NCBI GenBank assembly: GCA_963740495.1
Contig: CAVUEK010000006.1
Coordinates: 604,474-668,473 of the forward strand
Direction of reading: 5' to 3'
Origin: an uncultured delta proteobacterium
GTDB lineage: Bacteria > Myxococcota_A > Polyangia > Polyangiales > CAVUEK01
Length of the DNA stretch: 64,000 bases
The notes under the pieces are model-generated. The model did no database searches. It was not told the DNA's origin and was given only the letters and a program-made list of their open reading frames with translations. The translations under genes and the position numbers were made by a program. Positions 63,907-64,000 of this stretch are shown here, one piece after another; within the stretch, counting starts at the first letter, position 1; each line of letters starts with the position of its first letter.

Positions 63907-64000
63907 GTGGGCTGCCTCGATCCCAGCGAAGTGCGAGACCTCGTGCGGGGCGCGGTCGCCCCGGCGCGGCTCGCCGCCATCGACCTCCACCTCGACGGTT
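63907..64000 (+). CDS. 5' fragment of a gene encoding the zinc-finger-like VGCLDPSEVRDLVRG...HLD N-terminal motif typical of myxobacterial anti-sigma/kinase-associated proteins (partial)
   Basis: GTG start. Motif CLDxxxLxxLxxGxxxPxxxAxIDxHLxxC. Runs off the window end. Confidence 0.25.
   Translation, partial: MGCLDPSEVRDLVRGAVAPARLAAIDLHLDG

Overview
High-GC (about 70% by eye) chromosomal window with the character of a Myxococcota-type genome: several eukaryotic-like Ser/Thr kinases, many lipoproteins, Cys-rich secreted proteins and c-di-GMP proteins. Because of the GC content there are long shadow ORFs in every frame, so calls rest on conserved motifs rather than ORF length.

Main content, left to right:
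- **5' end:** a partial P-loop protein, an MscS-like channel and an ACC-deaminase-fold PLP enzyme.
- **3.5-9.9 kb, mevalonate pathway cluster:** divergent type-2 IPP isomerase, then polyprenyl synthase, mevalonate kinase, diphosphomevalonate decarboxylase, phosphomevalonate kinase and class II HMG-CoA reductase.
- **9.9-30.8 kb:** two OPT oligopeptide transporters (one disrupted), a tandem-GGDEF protein, a dipeptide-epimerase-like enolase, a Ser/Thr kinase, an SDR, a di-haem-motif lipoprotein, an HD-domain protein, a large esterase-domain lipoprotein, a minus-strand operon of propeller protein, Ser/Thr kinase, TPR protein and Cys-rich protein, and an FAD oxidoreductase.
- **30.8-39.9 kb:** vapBC toxin-antitoxin pair with a palindromic operator, an SPFH protein, an AraC regulator, a radical SAM/SPASM-like enzyme with a membrane protein, a REC-histidine kinase hybrid and a multi-PilZ protein.
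- **39.95-44.0 kb:** a visibly lower-GC island encoding a ThiF/MoeB-like E1, a CysK-fold PLP enzyme, a SAM methyltransferase and a flavin-dependent tryptophan-halogenase homolog, most of them frame-disrupted.
- **44.0-64.0 kb:** a large hybrid histidine kinase plus a paralogous REC-kinase hybrid, beta-helix proteins, an alpha/beta hydrolase, a disulfide-bond module (TlpA-like thioredoxin plus VKOR-DsbA fusion), gshB, a TetR regulator, a Ser/Thr kinase, ggt, several lipoproteins, and an identical 98-bp hairpin-rich direct repeat pair.

About 20 single-base frame disruptions are visible in otherwise well-conserved genes. This points to indel-type sequence errors and/or real pseudogenes.
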